Positions 20,357 to 30,357 of a stretch of DNA of 45,655 bases are shown piece by piece (within the stretch, counting starts at the first letter, position 1; each line of letters opens with the position of its first letter). The translations under genes and the position numbers were made by a program. The notes beneath the pieces are model-generated. The model was not told where the DNA came from and did not search any database. It worked only from the letters and a program-made list of their open reading frames with translations. Source of the DNA: Candidatus Heimdallarchaeota archaeon (GTDB lineage: Archaea; Asgardarchaeota; Heimdallarchaeia; Heimdallarchaeales; Heimdallarchaeaceae); assembly GCA_019057815.1 (NCBI GenBank), contig JAHLWR010000028.1, positions 1-45,655 of the forward strand. Reading direction: 5' to 3'.

Positions 20357-21762
20357 TGGTAAACTATAAGTTTCAGATTAGAAATTCAACAATATTACCA
20401 GCAACAGAAAAGTTTGTAGCCTTTGAGAAAGAAACACCAATAAAGGAGATTCAGAGTTGGGTCAGTGATACATTTGATATGTCTAAAGCTTCTTTTCTTT
20501 TATTTTTAAGAAGTGGTAAAAAATGGTATAAACTAGAAGTACCAAAACTTCTGTCTGACTACAGTCTTCAAAAAGAAGGTATGAGAATTGATGTAAGAAA
20601 GACTGTAAATTTAAGTCAAGTAAAAGCGCTAAAAAAAGAACTTGAGATACTTAGCGAATATTCTATGCCTTTTGGAGTAATAAACGTTGAAACAACTTCT
20701 TCTGAAGAAACTAGCAACCGTTTGGTAGAAAGTGCCTTAGACTTTCTTAATCAAGCAATGTATAACCCTCTAGAAGCATCCTTCTATATACCCTCTCGAG
20801 GGGGTTCCAACATTGGTTTTGATGAGGAGCAAGAATTAATTTTAATAGGAAAGCAAATGATTGAAAGGCAATTTAGAAATCTTGCTTCCGTTAGTTCTGT
20901 AGAGCAACTATCTATTTTGATGCGATTGATATATGATATTTTAGCCAGAGACATCCATAGTACTAAACGTGATATATTCTATATGAATGTGAATGCATTC
21001 GAAAAACAATCTATTTCTGACACATTAATTGAAGATTTAGGAGCAATGTTACAAGTTACTCGATCTTCTTTAAATGTTAGTGCCTCTTCAAAAGGAATAG
21101 TAATTGGAAGGTTGAGTTTTAAAGAAAAGGGAGATTTTATTGATTGTAAAGCGATTGGTTCTGGAAAATCTATTTCTCCAAATATTGATGACATTGAAAA
21201 TATGGAAAGTGATGCTGAATTTTGTATAGTTGTCGAAAAAGACGCTATTTTCAACCGCCTTGCAGAAGATCACTTTTATGATTATGTTCCAAGTATTTTA
21301 GTGACTGCAAAAGGACAACCTGATATGGCGACAAGACAGTTTTTAAAGAAGATTAATGATGAATTGAAACTTCCTATTATAGCCATAATGGACGCAGATC
21401 CTTATGGTTTCGAAATTATGAGAGTTTACTCTGTAGGAAGTAAAGCTTTGAGTTTTGAATCCTCTCATCTAGCTGTACCCAATATTAAATGGCTTGGTCT
21501 TCTACCTACTGATTTGGAACTTGATAGTGGTTTTGATATTCCCAGACATGCTTTAATCCGAATGACTTCAAAGGATATTCATAGGTCAAAACTAATGTTA
21601 GAAGAAGAATTCGTTAAACGAAAACCAAAATGGAGAAACCAATTGCAAACCTTACTTAATGGTGGATATAAGGCAGAAATTCAAGCACTTAATGCTAGAG
21701 ATCCCCAATTTATCACTACCCACTATTTACCATCGAAACTTGAATCTGGGGACCTTATATAA
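20356..21762 (+). CDS. top6A: DNA topoisomerase VI subunit A (Spo11 family) with N-terminal ubiquitin-like extension
   Basis: Catalytic TKRDIFY, Toprim VVEKDA and DADPYG, C-terminal KAEIQAL. TAATG stop/start overlap with top6B. Confidence 0.95.
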   Translation: MVNYKFQIRNSTILPATEKFVAFEKETPIKEIQSWVSDTFDMSKASFLLFLRSGKKWYKLEVPKLLSDYSLQKEGMRIDVRKTVNLSQVKALKKELEILSEYSMPFGVINVETTSSEETSNRLVESALDFLNQAMYNPLEASFYIPSRGGSNIGFDEEQELILIGKQMIERQFRNLASVSSVEQLSILMRLIYDILARDIHSTKRDIFYMNVNAFEKQSISDTLIEDLGAMLQVTRSSLNVSASSKGIVIGRLSFKEKGDFIDCKAIGSGKSISPNIDDIENMESDAEFCIVVEKDAIFNRLAEDHFYDYVPSILVTAKGQPDMATRQFLKKINDELKLPIIAIMDADPYGFEIMRVYSVGSKALSFESSHLAVPNIKWLGLLPTDLELDSGFDIPRHALIRMTSKDIHRSKLMLEEEFVKRKPKWRNQLQTLLNGGYKAEIQALNARDPQFITTHYLPSKLESGDLI

Positions 21763-21830
21763 TTCCTAAACTATGCAATAAAACAACAAATATAAAATCA
21801 CCTTAAAATTTCAAGGTAGTTGAATTTGTT

Positions 21831-22127
21831 TTATTCTTTCTTTGTTAGAACTATTTCAACAGTAGATACAGTTTTAGTGATAGGATTTTCTTCTGTTCCT
21901 TGTAATTCTTCAGATCCAATTTCTACTTTTGAAACTTCTACCTTGTCTGCCAAGAATTTTCTTCTAGTTATTTCAGCTACATCTACTGCTTTAGAAATCT
22001 GTCGACCTCTTGCTTGAATACTGCATTCATCACTTTTATTTAGTATAGTAACAGCAACTAGAACGTATGAAATTGTGTTCTTCTTTCCTATATAGATTAC
22101 TTGCGAATGTTCTTTCTCTTCACTCAT
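21831..22127 (-). CDS. albA: Chromatin protein Alba
   Basis: IYIGKK..SYVLA, ARGRQISKAVDVAEI, VSTVEIVL. ATG at 22127. Confidence 0.95.
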   Translation of the reverse strand: MSEEKEHSQVIYIGKKNTISYVLVAVTILNKSDECSIQARGRQISKAVDVAEITRRKFLADKVEVSKVEIGSEELQGTEENPITKTVSTVEIVLTKKE

Positions 22128-22296
22128 GTTTTTCACCGGTATTTCGATATCTTGTGTTAAATAAGTTAGCGTTTTAGAAACCTTTGAGATTCTTTAAAAG
22201 CTTTTCCTTATGAAATTGAGCTTTCTGGTTACAAAATAATCTAAAACCAGAATATCCAAATGTTGAAATACAGTTCTCTATTTCAATAGGATATAT

Positions 22297-24036
22297 ATGA
22301 GAAAAAACAGAATATATTTTGATATCATAACCATTATTATAGGTGTGTCCTTGGTCGCAGCAGGGCGTGTAATTCTGGAATGGTATTTCCCCTCAATAGA
22401 AGTTATTAGCGGAGTAGAAACTCTTAGTTTCTTGATGAATTACTCTATATTTCTCTCTGTCATAATAAGCACTATTTGTTTACTCTACGGATGGAAGATT
22501 AGAAGATGGTTCATTAAAACTACAAAAGATAGTTCAGATAAACCCTTAAATTACATTTTCAAGATATTTCTCTCACTTTTCGGTGTATTGTTTATTATTA
22601 CATTAATTGTTCATTTAACCAGCCTTAAGCACATTTTATTTCTTTTTAGTTCAGTAAATGCTCTTATTGAGACAATTCAGATCTTTGTAATATTCATATC
22701 CTTAGGGATTTTATTTTATTCTCCTATAGAAAAACTAATGGGACCACTTCTCTTTAACGAAATATTACTTGATAATCCGAAGAAATTAGGTTTAGCCTTA
22801 ATGGAAAAGCAAGTTATTAGTGTTACAACAAAAGCTTGGAAATATAGTCTTATTATGATAGCAGTTTTTATCGCTATAGCGAATTTCATGTTTTTTATTT
22901 CCTATCCCTTAATTCCCTCAATGAACTATGATGCGACCTTAACAATAGCACTGCCGAATTTTCATTATCGTTTTGATCCAGAAGCTAATTTCAGGCAAGA
23001 ATTTTTCGTTCTAAAAGAACTACCCCGATCAATTCTTCTTGACTGGAAGCTTGTTCAATCGCTGATGTGTATAGCATTCCTAGCAATAATGTACCTTTTA
23101 ATATATCTTCCAAAAGAGCAAGATCATTCTAGGGAGAAAAATGATAAGCAAGAAATTACAGCTAAACCTGAAGATTCTGTTGATAATATTGCTTATAATT
23201 TATTGTCTCCGAAAGTAAGAACAAGTGCTTATACTCCTGTGGGTCGATTTGATATTACTACACCTAGAAGAGGAAGCAAATTATTTCAGAAAATGAAGTC
23301 AAGTGATTTACTTCCTGTTATGAATTTGGTTCTATTGAATTTCTCTTTATCAATGGTGATAATATTGTTTATACAACTATTTGGTTTTTTTGCCATGCAA
23401 GCAGAAATAGACTTTAACCCTTTTTATATCCAATTATCTAAAAACTTCTGGGCAGGATTTAACGAGGAGCTAACTTTTCGTTGGATATTGTTTGGTCTTC
23501 CATTATTTCTAATTAACGGTTTGGTATTTGTGATTACAAAGCTAGTCAAGAAAGTAAAAAGAAATAATGATAATGGGGAAATAAAAAATCTTTTCTTACG
23601 AATGTTCTTCAGAGGTAAGGTGAAGAACCCATTAAATTACTTAACAGGAAGATGGAAGAAGTTAAGCTTTATTGATTTGTTGTTTTTGCTTTTTTCATCA
23701 TTTACATTTGGTTATGTGCATTATCAGTTTGGTTGGGATGCTTGGAAGATATTTCAAGCAGGTGTTGGCGGTTTAATTTTTGGTTATGCATTCTACAAAT
23801 ACGGATTCCATGTCTCAATCTTTCTACATGTAGTAAACAACTTTGTTATAGGACTTTTAATTACTCCTAATATTGGTTTAATGATTAATGGAGCAACAAT
23901 AATAATGTTAATTTATGCCATTGGTTTATTATACTTAATATTCGTAGCAACAAAACTAATAGCTGGTGCGCTAACTTATCTTAATAGAGCCTTAAAACGC
24001 TCTCCTGATATTATTACTATAAACGATATGGAGTGA
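22297..24036 (+). CDS. Multi-pass membrane protein with C-terminal CPBP (Abi/Rce1-like) intramembrane glutamic protease domain
   Basis: EExxxR (NEELTFR), FxxxH (FGYVH) and HxxxN (LHVVNN) motifs, with many TM segments. Confidence 0.85.
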   Translation: MRKNRIYFDIITIIIGVSLVAAGRVILEWYFPSIEVISGVETLSFLMNYSIFLSVIISTICLLYGWKIRRWFIKTTKDSSDKPLNYIFKIFLSLFGVLFIITLIVHLTSLKHILFLFSSVNALIETIQIFVIFISLGILFYSPIEKLMGPLLFNEILLDNPKKLGLALMEKQVISVTTKAWKYSLIMIAVFIAIANFMFFISYPLIPSMNYDATLTIALPNFHYRFDPEANFRQEFFVLKELPRSILLDWKLVQSLMCIAFLAIMYLLIYLPKEQDHSREKNDKQEITAKPEDSVDNIAYNLLSPKVRTSAYTPVGRFDITTPRRGSKLFQKMKSSDLLPVMNLVLLNFSLSMVIILFIQLFGFFAMQAEIDFNPFYIQLSKNFWAGFNEELTFRWILFGLPLFLINGLVFVITKLVKKVKRNNDNGEIKNLFLRMFFRGKVKNPLNYLTGRWKKLSFIDLLFLLFSSFTFGYVHYQFGWDAWKIFQAGVGGLIFGYAFYKYGFHVSIFLHVVNNFVIGLLITPNIGLMINGATIIMLIYAIGLLYLIFVATKLIAGALTYLNRALKRSPDIITINDME

Positions 24037-24043
24037 AACAATA

Positions 24044-24628
24044 ATGAGTTATATTAACACCTTGTTCTTGAAAATCATTTTAATTGGTGAAACTGGTGTT
24101 GGGAAAACAAGTTTAAGACGATCGTATTTAGGCGTCGGTTTTGAATCTGAACATCTTACAACAATTGGTGCAGATTTTGCATCGTTAGTTAAAAAAGTGA
24201 AAGATATTAAAATTACTTTCCAAATTTGGGATTTAGCTGGTCAAGACTTCTTTCAAGCTGTTAGAAAAGTCTATTATAAGGGGTCTTTAGGTGCTTTGCT
24301 GATTTTTGATGTTACTGACTTAACTACTTTAAAAGCGCTGGACAGTTGGGTAGATGAATTGGAGGAAAGTTCTGGTCGTGGAATAATTCCATTTTTTATT
24401 CTAGGGAACAAAGTAGATCTAATAAGTGAAAAAAAACTTGCTACAATTAAAATAAAAGCTCAAAAACATGTTGATAAATGGAAAAAAAAATACAAGAGTA
24501 GTGGGTTTGAAATCAAACTTTTTTTCACATCAGCTAAACTGGGAGAGAATGTTCAAGAAGGATTTGAAAGTTTAGGAGAAGAGATAATAGATTTTCTAGC
24601 TTTCAGGAAGAAACAGAGGGAAAATTAA
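24044..24628 (+). CDS. Rab-like small GTPase
   Basis: G1 GETGVGKTS, G2 TTIG, G3 WDLAGQ, G4 NKVD, G5 SAK. Confidence 0.93.
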   Translation: MSYINTLFLKIILIGETGVGKTSLRRSYLGVGFESEHLTTIGADFASLVKKVKDIKITFQIWDLAGQDFFQAVRKVYYKGSLGALLIFDVTDLTTLKALDSWVDELEESSGRGIIPFFILGNKVDLISEKKLATIKIKAQKHVDKWKKKYKSSGFEIKLFFTSAKLGENVQEGFESLGEEIIDFLAFRKKQREN

Positions 24629-26971
24629 ATGGACATTGAAGAAATCATTATATTGCTGGAACAGGATGATACTAGTAAAATTGATTTGAATGAAATAAAG
24701 GTTCTTCATAGATTAATTAAATTGATACCCCATAAAAACAAAATAGTAAGAAATAATGCTAAGCGTCTTCTTTTTAAAGGAAGTCTTGTTCCAACAGAAA
24801 AGATCATAGAGGAATATGTTAGTGATTCCAATTCTTTCTTAGAGGAATTGATAATAAGCAAATTATGTTTCTTCATTCCTATATTAACAGATTTTCTGAT
24901 AAAGAAAGATAGCTTCAAACAACTACATGTCTTATTATCAAAGCAAAGTGTTCAGACTATACAGAAAGCGGTTGATAAAGCTTCAATAACAGCTCCTATA
25001 CTCTCTGCTATCGCTGAGATAGCGATTAGAACATGTCACGTATCCTACTGTAGTAATACTGATTCTCTATTGACCTATCAAATTATTATTGAAAATACTA
25101 AGAAACTTAGAAAAACACTTTTATTCAGATTAAACCAAGAAGACCCTATTTTCACAGAACTAGTTTTACGAACCGTTTATCAGTTTCAAGATCTAACCAA
25201 ATTAATTGTTAACCAAATAAGAAATATCATAACTAACTCTTCAGTAGATGAGCATTTACGTTATGCTGCAATTGCTCTAATGAATCTACAAGACCCCAAA
25301 AACTCTGACATTTTAATAAAACGACTAAAAACAAAAGAAGATTCAGAGGAAGTACAACTAGCAATAATCGAAGCTTTAGGTAATCTAGGTAATCTTTCTT
25401 CAACTGAAATTTTGCTAGAACAATTCAATAAAAGTGAAAGAATCGCATACTATGCTTCTCATTCATTAGCTCTCCTTGGTGATGGTGTTTATCCAGCGCT
25501 TATCAAAGCTCTAAATGACGATAAATTCGTTATCTATGTAACAGAGACTATGAAAAGACTAGGTGAAAAAAGTTATGATTGGCTAATAGACGCTTTAGCA
25601 AAAGGAAAAAAGAATGTAAAAAGAAATGCTGCGCAATGTTTAACCCTTGTCATAAGTCAGGAACATGGTTATGAGGGTGGAATCAGGATTCTCACAAATC
25701 AGCTTGCTGGAAAAAATAGAGAAGTCATTCAATCTGTAGCTCAATCCTTAGTAAATCTTGGAACACCTTCAATCCGAGTTCTGATTGAAGAATTATCTGA
25801 AAATGATATGCGTTTAAGGAAGAATGCTATAGAAATCTTGCAGAACTTTGGGTTTCAAAATATTGAACTTGCGTTAGATGGGATTTTAGAGGTAGATTCT
25901 TACAAAGCAGTAGAGTTAGGAGTAATACTTTATATCTATTATCCTAGTGAGGATGTTAGAAACTTGGGATTATCTTTTGCAATCTCGAAAAATAAATTAA
26001 GGAAAAAGAATGATGATCTTTTAAATATCATTTTCAAGGCAACAGCAGAGATAGAGCCTGAAATAAGAGAAAGGGCCTGTTTAATGCTATCTTATTGTGG
26101 ATCAAATTCTATAAAATTTCTGTCTCATCTCTTATTGGATATTAATTTGCAAGTGAGGAGAAAAGCCGTCGAATCTCTTAGAAAGGTTAAAAGTAAGAAA
26201 GCCTTGATAGTTTTAATAAAAGCTGCAAAAGAATCTGATGCTCTTATATCAGAAACAGCAACTAGAGCACTAGGAGAGTTACAGGATCCTGGGGTTATTG
26301 ATGTAATTCTCAATAACATGAAACGTTCTAATATCGTTGTTAGGGATGCTGCTTCCTATGCTGCAGCAAAAATAGGTATGACTGTTGTTCCAAAGCTATC
26401 TCAACAGCTATCGTCAGCAAATCGTGATCTTGTAGAAGGATCCGTTAGTGCTTTAAGTCGAATTGGAGTAAATGCTATTAAGCCTTTAACTAAAACGCTA
26501 GAACAAAAAAGTGAAAAATGGTTTAAGAATTTTCAAAAAGTAATTACTGCGATGGGTCAAAGTTCAGTGATTGTTCTTCATGAAATATATAAAAAAGCAA
26601 GAAAAAAAATAGCTATGACGAGAATCTTACTTCTCTTATCACTATTGGATGACACAAAACACATGAAAAACTACATTGATATTGTCTTAGACGAAGATGC
26701 GAAAATTGGAATTAGAATGATAAATAATGTTGGATCAAATGGTGTAATCTCCTTGATTAACAATCTAGAACAATACTCAAAATCTGATATAAACCTCTTT
26801 ATAGAAAAAAGTAGAGGGATGAGTCGAGAACTTGTTCGAGAAATAATGGTGGAAATATCAAAAAATCCAAAATTAAAAAGTTTTAATAAAAAAATAGACA
26901 AAATCCATGGAAAAAGAGTTAAAAAGCTATTCTCAAACGTTAAAGACTATAACAAATTATTAGATTCTTAA
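24629..26971 (+). CDS. HEAT-repeat (PBS-lyase-type) alpha-solenoid protein
   Basis: Repeats such as VQLAIIEALGNLG, VRRKAVESLRKV, SETATRALGELQD and VRDAASYAAAKIG. Confidence 0.85.
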   Translation: MDIEEIIILLEQDDTSKIDLNEIKVLHRLIKLIPHKNKIVRNNAKRLLFKGSLVPTEKIIEEYVSDSNSFLEELIISKLCFFIPILTDFLIKKDSFKQLHVLLSKQSVQTIQKAVDKASITAPILSAIAEIAIRTCHVSYCSNTDSLLTYQIIIENTKKLRKTLLFRLNQEDPIFTELVLRTVYQFQDLTKLIVNQIRNIITNSSVDEHLRYAAIALMNLQDPKNSDILIKRLKTKEDSEEVQLAIIEALGNLGNLSSTEILLEQFNKSERIAYYASHSLALLGDGVYPALIKALNDDKFVIYVTETMKRLGEKSYDWLIDALAKGKKNVKRNAAQCLTLVISQEHGYEGGIRILTNQLAGKNREVIQSVAQSLVNLGTPSIRVLIEELSENDMRLRKNAIEILQNFGFQNIELALDGILEVDSYKAVELGVILYIYYPSEDVRNLGLSFAISKNKLRKKNDDLLNIIFKATAEIEPEIRERACLMLSYCGSNSIKFLSHLLLDINLQVRRKAVESLRKVKSKKALIVLIKAAKESDALISETATRALGELQDPGVIDVILNNMKRSNIVVRDAASYAAAKIGMTVVPKLSQQLSSANRDLVEGSVSALSRIGVNAIKPLTKTLEQKSEKWFKNFQKVITAMGQSSVIVLHEIYKKARKKIAMTRILLLLSLLDDTKHMKNYIDIVLDEDAKIGIRMINNVGSNGVISLINNLEQYSKSDINLFIEKSRGMSRELVREIMVEISKNPKLKSFNKKIDKIHGKRVKKLFSNVKDYNKLLDS

Positions 26972-26976
26972 CTTTA

Positions 26977-28071
26977 TCAACTATCTGGTATAGCTGATTC
27001 TAGGATTTTTACCAATATAGAACCATTTTGACTGTAAAACTCTTCAATGTTTTTTACTTTAGAAAATAATTCTGATATAACTAATGATAATGTTAATTCC
27101 GCTTGTGTAGGGAAAAAAAAGTAATAAAATTGGGTGTTTCTTATCTTTCCCATGGTTTCCAGAAGATATTTTTGGTCCACTGTTTTATCCATAAAAATAT
27201 CTAATATTGGTAAATAACCAATTGATGGAAACAAGTGATTGAAAATTTCTTTTATTCTATCAATCGCTGTCTGTTTATTTGTGTCTATATCGTTGTTCAA
27301 GGTCTGGTAAATATGAAAGTAGCCAGCTTCTTCAAGCCACATTAATGATTTTGAGTAGTAGTCATGTAAACTTATTTTAGGAAATTGCTCAATAATAGGA
27401 GTTGTAATCATTATAGTTTGAACAATTTTGTCTGAAAAAAATGGTACTAAATCAATAGTAGTAAGACAAGTATATTCTGAAGATTTGTATTCAATTGTTG
27501 GAGAAAAGAGCGTTTTATGATCTAAATCTAATTTGATTTCCTCGGAAGATTTAATGGTTTTAACACCATTTTCCTCAGCTGAATTTCTAAAAAAAGTAAT
27601 TAAATTTGGTATCTGCGAACTTATCCAAGAATCTTTAATTTCTAATAAACTGACATTCAAATCACAGTTGATTAGCGGGTAATACTCTATTATATCACTT
27701 CTTGAAATCATGGAATGTTTTGTTAAAGAATCCTCGAATTTTTTAAGGTGCTTTCTTTGTTGAGATAAGGCTTCATTTCTGTACAATAAGATTAAAGGAT
27801 GACGATAAGCATCAAAATAATCTGTTATTGCGTGGAAATCTACAAGAACATCACTCGATTTTTCTAAAACATAATTCATTAGTTTATTTTCCAATTCAAA
27901 AAGAGGCATTATGACTCCTGGAATGAAGAGTTGGTGTTTGAGAGGTGGGTTACCGTGTTCGAGTAAAACTATTTCCTTATTCTTATTATTTTTAGAGAGA
28001 AAATATGCTAGAGTTACAGCTGTTAAGCCGTTCCCTTCAACGATTATATCAGCTTCAACTATCTTACTCAT
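26977..28071 (-). CDS. DAO/glycine-oxidase-fold FAD-dependent oxidoreductase-like protein, divergent
   Basis: N-terminal Rossmann-like ADIIVEGNGLTAVTLAYFL..IVLLE; length typical of the DAO family. Confidence 0.6.
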   Translation of the reverse strand: MSKIVEADIIVEGNGLTAVTLAYFLSKNNKNKEIVLLEHGNPPLKHQLFIPGVIMPLFELENKLMNYVLEKSSDVLVDFHAITDYFDAYRHPLILLYRNEALSQQRKHLKKFEDSLTKHSMISRSDIIEYYPLINCDLNVSLLEIKDSWISSQIPNLITFFRNSAEENGVKTIKSSEEIKLDLDHKTLFSPTIEYKSSEYTCLTTIDLVPFFSDKIVQTIMITTPIIEQFPKISLHDYYSKSLMWLEEAGYFHIYQTLNNDIDTNKQTAIDRIKEIFNHLFPSIGYLPILDIFMDKTVDQKYLLETMGKIRNTQFYYFFFPTQAELTLSLVISELFSKVKNIEEFYSQNGSILVKILESAIPDS

Positions 28072-28122
28072 TAGTATAATACCTGGAGATAGGTATATAA
28101 ATCAGTTATTGGTTGACAAATC

Positions 28123-28398
28123 ATGACTTTTGAAATTATTCTCAAAGTTATTAGCCAAGAAGGAAAATGCGTAGCAGGTCATAAAGTAGGAGATGAAGTC
28201 ACATTTAATTTTGAGACAAATGAAATTCAAGGCAAAATATGTTTACATTCTTTATATTCTGTGATGCCTAAAATTTTTGCAATGGCATATGGAGCAGAAT
28301 TTGGATGGTTAAAGGATAAAGACATTAGTACACATGCTTGTCCTGATGCATACAATCCAGTTGTTTATCAAGTTAAAAGAATAAGAAAGAAAGATTAG
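28123..28398 (+). CDS. TIGR04076-like small Cys-containing protein
   Basis: GKCVAGHKVGD..KICLH..CPD..NPVV pattern. Confidence 0.75.
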   Translation: MTFEIILKVISQEGKCVAGHKVGDEVTFNFETNEIQGKICLHSLYSVMPKIFAMAYGAEFGWLKDKDISTHACPDAYNPVVYQVKRIRKKD

Positions 28399-29325
28399 CT
28401 AAGTTAACGCTAGTCTTACTATTTTGTCTATTATAAAAGTTAGTAGAAAAGCTAAGAATACTAAAAGAAGTATTTCTTTTGTTGTGTATGCCCATTTTGG
28501 ACTTTGGTTATAAATTATTCTTACTATTAAATAGAGAACAAGTGCAACTATAAGAAAAACTATTATCATGCTGGGTAAGTAAAGGTTTCCTCCAATAGCA
28601 GCTGCTGAACCTCCAATCATTAGAACTAATAGGAAAGCCGATCCGATTATTGCTGTTTTTCTAGGTCCATATTTCACTGCTAAAGTTCTAACTCCAGCTT
28701 CTCTATCTCCTTCTATATCAGGTAAACCCTTGATCACTTCTCTCCCTATGTTGCCTGAACCAGCTGCTACACCAACTACTATAGGTACCCAAGCAAAAGT
28801 TCCTCCATAGATTAAATATGTGTGTACTGTTCCATATACAAATAACGCGATAACATTGAGACCAATAATAGTGTTTCCGATGAATCCCATCTTTTTAAGT
28901 TTGATGTCATACAAATCAAGAGATCCTCCGAAAATTATTACTGTAATGACACTTATACCATATAGACCATATATTATATCTATTGCAGCAGCGGTTCCTA
29001 AAGCCAGAAGAGCAACAATACAACCATAGATTTTTGCGGATTTTATAGAGATTTTTCCAGTAGGAATAGGTCTGTGCGGAGCATTAATCGCATCTACCTC
29101 TCTATCAACTATATCATTAAAAATCATTGCTTGAGAAGAAACAAACATTGTTGTTAAAACAATGAGGGCAATTGAAAGATAATCTGGCTTGCTTCCCACT
29201 GGTAATGACAGAACTATTCCGAATGTTGCTGCAAATCCCGCAACAATACCATTGACCAAACGAAGAATCGTTATATAAGATAGGAAAATGCTCTTTTTTG
29301 AATACCTGTTAACAGTCATATCCAC
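28399..29325 (-). CDS. UbiA-family prenyltransferase, likely DGGGP synthase (ether-lipid biosynthesis)
   Basis: NDIVDREVDAINAPHRPIPTG and REVIKGLPDIEGDREAGVRTL motifs; multi-TM. Confidence 0.85.
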   Translation of the reverse strand: MDMTVNRYSKKSIFLSYITILRLVNGIVAGFAATFGIVLSLPVGSKPDYLSIALIVLTTMFVSSQAMIFNDIVDREVDAINAPHRPIPTGKISIKSAKIYGCIVALLALGTAAAIDIIYGLYGISVITVIIFGGSLDLYDIKLKKMGFIGNTIIGLNVIALFVYGTVHTYLIYGGTFAWVPIVVGVAAGSGNIGREVIKGLPDIEGDREAGVRTLAVKYGPRKTAIIGSAFLLVLMIGGSAAAIGGNLYLPSMIIVFLIVALVLYLIVRIIYNQSPKWAYTTKEILLLVFLAFLLTFIIDKIVRLALT

Positions 29326-29366
29326 AAAAAGGAAAAAGTTGGTTTTAAGTTTTTTGCCAAGTTTTT

Positions 29367-29528
29367 TTATTCACCTATTTTGATATCTACTTGAATCGTT
29401 CTAATATCATCATTTATTCCTTTAAGAGATTCAACAATTGACAGAACAATTTTCGCTGTAATATTTGAGATAAATTGATTTAATGGGACATTTTTTTCGT
29501 TAACTTTTATTTGTACTTTATTAACCAT
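29367..29528 (-). CDS. Small 53-aa protein resembling the archaeal MobB C-terminal-type domain (not in ORF track)
   Basis: Hand translation: MVNKVQIKVNEKNVPLNQFISNITAKIVLSIVESLKGINDDIRTIQVDIKIGE. It fills the gap between co-directional genes. Confidence 0.65.
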   Translation of the reverse strand: MVNKVQIKVNEKNVPLNQFISNITAKIVLSIVESLKGINDDIRTIQVDIKIGE

Positions 29529-29571
29529 TCTTATCATCAGAAAATAAAAGAAAAAAGAGATTAAAACATTT

Positions 29572-30357
29572 CTATTTTAGTTTGATCGTTGGATTTTGAT
29601 CATCTTTGCCATGCATTTCAACTTCTACTAAACCTGCTGCTTCAAGTTTTAAAACAACAGTTAAAATCGAATGAGTTGATGCTCCAGCAGCCATAGCTAA
29701 TCTTTTTAGTTCTATAACTTTATATTGTTCTAGAATTGTAAGCCAACTATAATTTGGATCAGTTTCTGCTATAATTTGGAATCTTCTTAATGCTTCTTCT
29801 TTATTTCTAATATCGTCTTTGAACTGTTCAAGTTTAGAAGATTCTGTTAAAAGGTCATTGTATTTTCCTTCGATAATTGCTTTTTCGTCTCCTAATTGTT
29901 GCATAAGTTGTTCTGCTTCGTTCTTGGCCACTTCTGCTTCAGAAACTTTTGTTTGCCATTTCTCAACAGAGGTTTTCTCTGTAGTAAGTTGCTCTTTAAA
30001 ATTATTAAGATCTCTTTGTATATTGGAAATCTCCTCGTTTTTCTTCAGTAAATTACTTTTTAAGTCTTCAAATTCATTATCGAGGTTTCCTTTTTCTTCT
30101 TCTAAAACTGAGGTTTTTTGTTTAAACGTTTCTACTTCTTCTGCCAGTTTATCCCTTTCTGAAGCTATCTCAGTAGCTTTTGCAGAAGCAATTTTAAGTT
30201 TTTCAAGTTCTTCTGTTAAGGAATTCTTTTTTTCTTCTAGTTCCTGATTAGCTCCTTCCAGTTCTTTTATTCTTTGTTCAAATGTTTCAACTTTGTTCTC
30301 TAATTGTGTTATTTTAATCGCATCACTAACGGAAATATGATTATTTTCACCAGACAT
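29572..30357 (-). CDS. Long coiled-coil protein with C-terminal winged-helix domain
   Basis: About 190 aa of E/K/L heptads, then IELKRLAMAAGASTHSILTVVLKLEAAGLVEV. Confidence 0.75.
   Translation of the reverse strand: MSGENNHISVSDAIKITQLENKVETFEQRIKELEGANQELEEKKNSLTEELEKLKIASAKATEIASERDKLAEEVETFKQKTSVLEEEKGNLDNEFEDLKSNLLKKNEEISNIQRDLNNFKEQLTTEKTSVEKWQTKVSEAEVAKNEAEQLMQQLGDEKAIIEGKYNDLLTESSKLEQFKDDIRNKEEALRRFQIIAETDPNYSWLTILEQYKVIELKRLAMAAGASTHSILTVVLKLEAAGLVEVEMHGKDDQNPTIKLK

Noticed and set aside
24044-24628. CAAX-type prenylation of the GTPase next to the Rce1-like protease
   Set aside because: No C-terminal cysteine in this or the other GTPase.
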